From contig JAYPCR010000001.1 of assembly GCA_038124805.1 (NCBI GenBank), positions 2,122 through 66,121 on the forward strand: a stretch of 64,000 nt of DNA, in the 5' to 3' direction. This document shows positions 63,267 to 64,000 of the stretch, in pieces. Origin of the DNA: Pelagibacteraceae bacterium. Lineage in GTDB: Bacteria; Pseudomonadota; Alphaproteobacteria; Pelagibacterales; Pelagibacteraceae. Both the position numbers and the translations under genes were made by a program. The notes beneath the pieces are model-generated. The model did no database searches and was not told where the DNA came from. It worked only from the letters and a program-made list of their open reading frames with translations. How positions within the stretch are numbered: the first letter of the stretch is position 1; the number at the start of each line of letters is the position of its first letter.

Positions 63267-63294
63267 TTTTTAGCATAAATGTTTTATTTATCAA
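63267..63294 (-). promoter_or_regulatory. Putative promoter of the metY riboswitch leader
   Basis: Minus strand TTGATA, 16 nt ending in TGc, TAAAAA; the predicted TSS coincides with the 5' end of the SAM-II aptamer. Confidence 0.5.
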
Positions 63295-63307
63295 GGGAAA
63301 TATAGAT

Positions 63308-63335
63308 TTGACTTTATAATTATTAATAGTATTAA
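63308..63335 (+). promoter_or_regulatory. Putative sigma70 promoter of rplM-rpsI
   Basis: TTGACT (63308-63313), 16 nt, TATTAA (63330-63335). Confidence 0.55.
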
Positions 63336-63345
63336 TCCACGCACA

Positions 63346-63804
63346 ATGACTAAATTCGTTAAAAAAGACGAGGTATCATCCTCTTGGTATGAAATTGATG
63401 CCAAAAATGCTGTAGTAGGTAGACTTGCGACAGTAATTTCAAAAATTATAAGAGGAAAAAACAAAACTACATATACTCCACATATGGATCATGGAGATTT
63501 TGTGGTAGTTAAAAATATTGAATTAGCAAAATTTACTGGAAAAAAATTTCAAAACAAAAAATATTACAGACATACTGGTCATCCAGGTGGAATTAAAGAA
63601 ACAACACCTGAAAAACTTCATGATAAGAAACCTGGTGAAACTTTAAAATTAGCAGTCAAAAGAATGTTACCTGGTGGTGTTTTAGGAAGAAAACAGTTAA
63701 CAAAATTAAAAATTTATTCTGGTAGTGAACATCCACATGCAGCACAAAATCCTACTGTTATAGAATTAAATAAATTAAATAATAAAAACTTAATTAGAAA
63801 TTAA
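63346..63804 (+). CDS. rplM: 50S ribosomal protein L13
   Basis: [33 protein letters not shown]. Confidence 0.99.
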   Translation: MTKFVKKDEVSSSWYEIDAKNAVVGRLATVISKIIRGKNKTTYTPHMDHGDFVVVKNIELAKFTGKKFQNKKYYRHTGHPGGIKETTPEKLHDKKPGETLKLAVKRMLPGGVLGRKQLTKLKIYSGSEHPHAAQNPTVIELNKLNNKNLIRN

Positions 63805-63805
63805 T

Positions 63806-64000
63806 ATGGAAAATACTCAACAAAGTTCAAAAAATCCAAAACTAAAACTAGATTTTAAAGATAGTAAATATGCTACAGGTAGAAGAAAAACTTCGATAGC
63901 TAAAGTTTGGTTAAAAAAAGGTACTGGTAAAATTTATGTTAATGGAAAGCTTTTTAGCGATTATTTTTCAAGCGATAATCATAAAATGCAAATAACAAGA
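63806..64000 (+). CDS. rpsI: 30S ribosomal protein S9, 5' part (runs off window)
   Basis: ATG 63806: MENTQQ...[26 protein letters not shown]; follows rplM. Confidence 0.96.
   Translation, partial: MENTQQSSKNPKLKLDFKDSKYATGRRKTSIAKVWLKKGTGKIYVNGKLFSDYFSSDNHKMQITR

Noticed and set aside
1-64000. CRISPR arrays, IS elements, prophage, tandem repeats
   Set aside because: None seen; nearly all sequence is assigned to housekeeping genes
1-64000. CtrA-like TTAA-N7-TTAA boxes
   Set aside because: Indistinguishable by eye from chance matches in such AT-rich DNA

Overview
Very AT-rich, extremely gene-dense bacterial core-genome segment. Gene content and streamlining point to a SAR11/Pelagibacterales alphaproteobacterium (inference). 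It holds the S10-spc-alpha ribosomal superoperon (rplW partial to rplQ, no rpmD), rluC, lipB, mgtE, panC, galU-ugd, topA, plsY-pyrC'-pyrB, gatCAB followed by an O-methyltransferase-trhO-MATE-nuclease run, and a soxBDAG operon trailed by a solute-binding protein and permease. It continues with tRNA-Ser(GCT), slt, dapA-smpB-folK-rel-pyrE-pdxJ-acpS-lepB-rnc-recO, hemB, a 2OG-Fe(II) hydroxylase heading rpiB-glyA-nrdR-rib-nusB-thiL, hppA, bamE/cbp3, rpmF-plsX-ihfA-merR-rpmG, chorismate mutase, ctaA, metY under a tandem SAM-II/SAM-V riboswitch, and rplM-rpsI (partial). No mobile element, CRISPR or island is visible. Best leads: a trmR-like methyltransferase coupled to trhO (candidate mo5U34 tRNA-modification module), the tandem riboswitch with a hidden 6-codon uORF, the sox-linked orphan transporter with a lipobox-bearing permease, divergent genes sharing a CATG start, near-leaderless promoters, and clean absences of rpoZ, dprA, era, fabH and rpmD from conserved clusters. 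Family calls come from motif recognition and synteny, not database searches.
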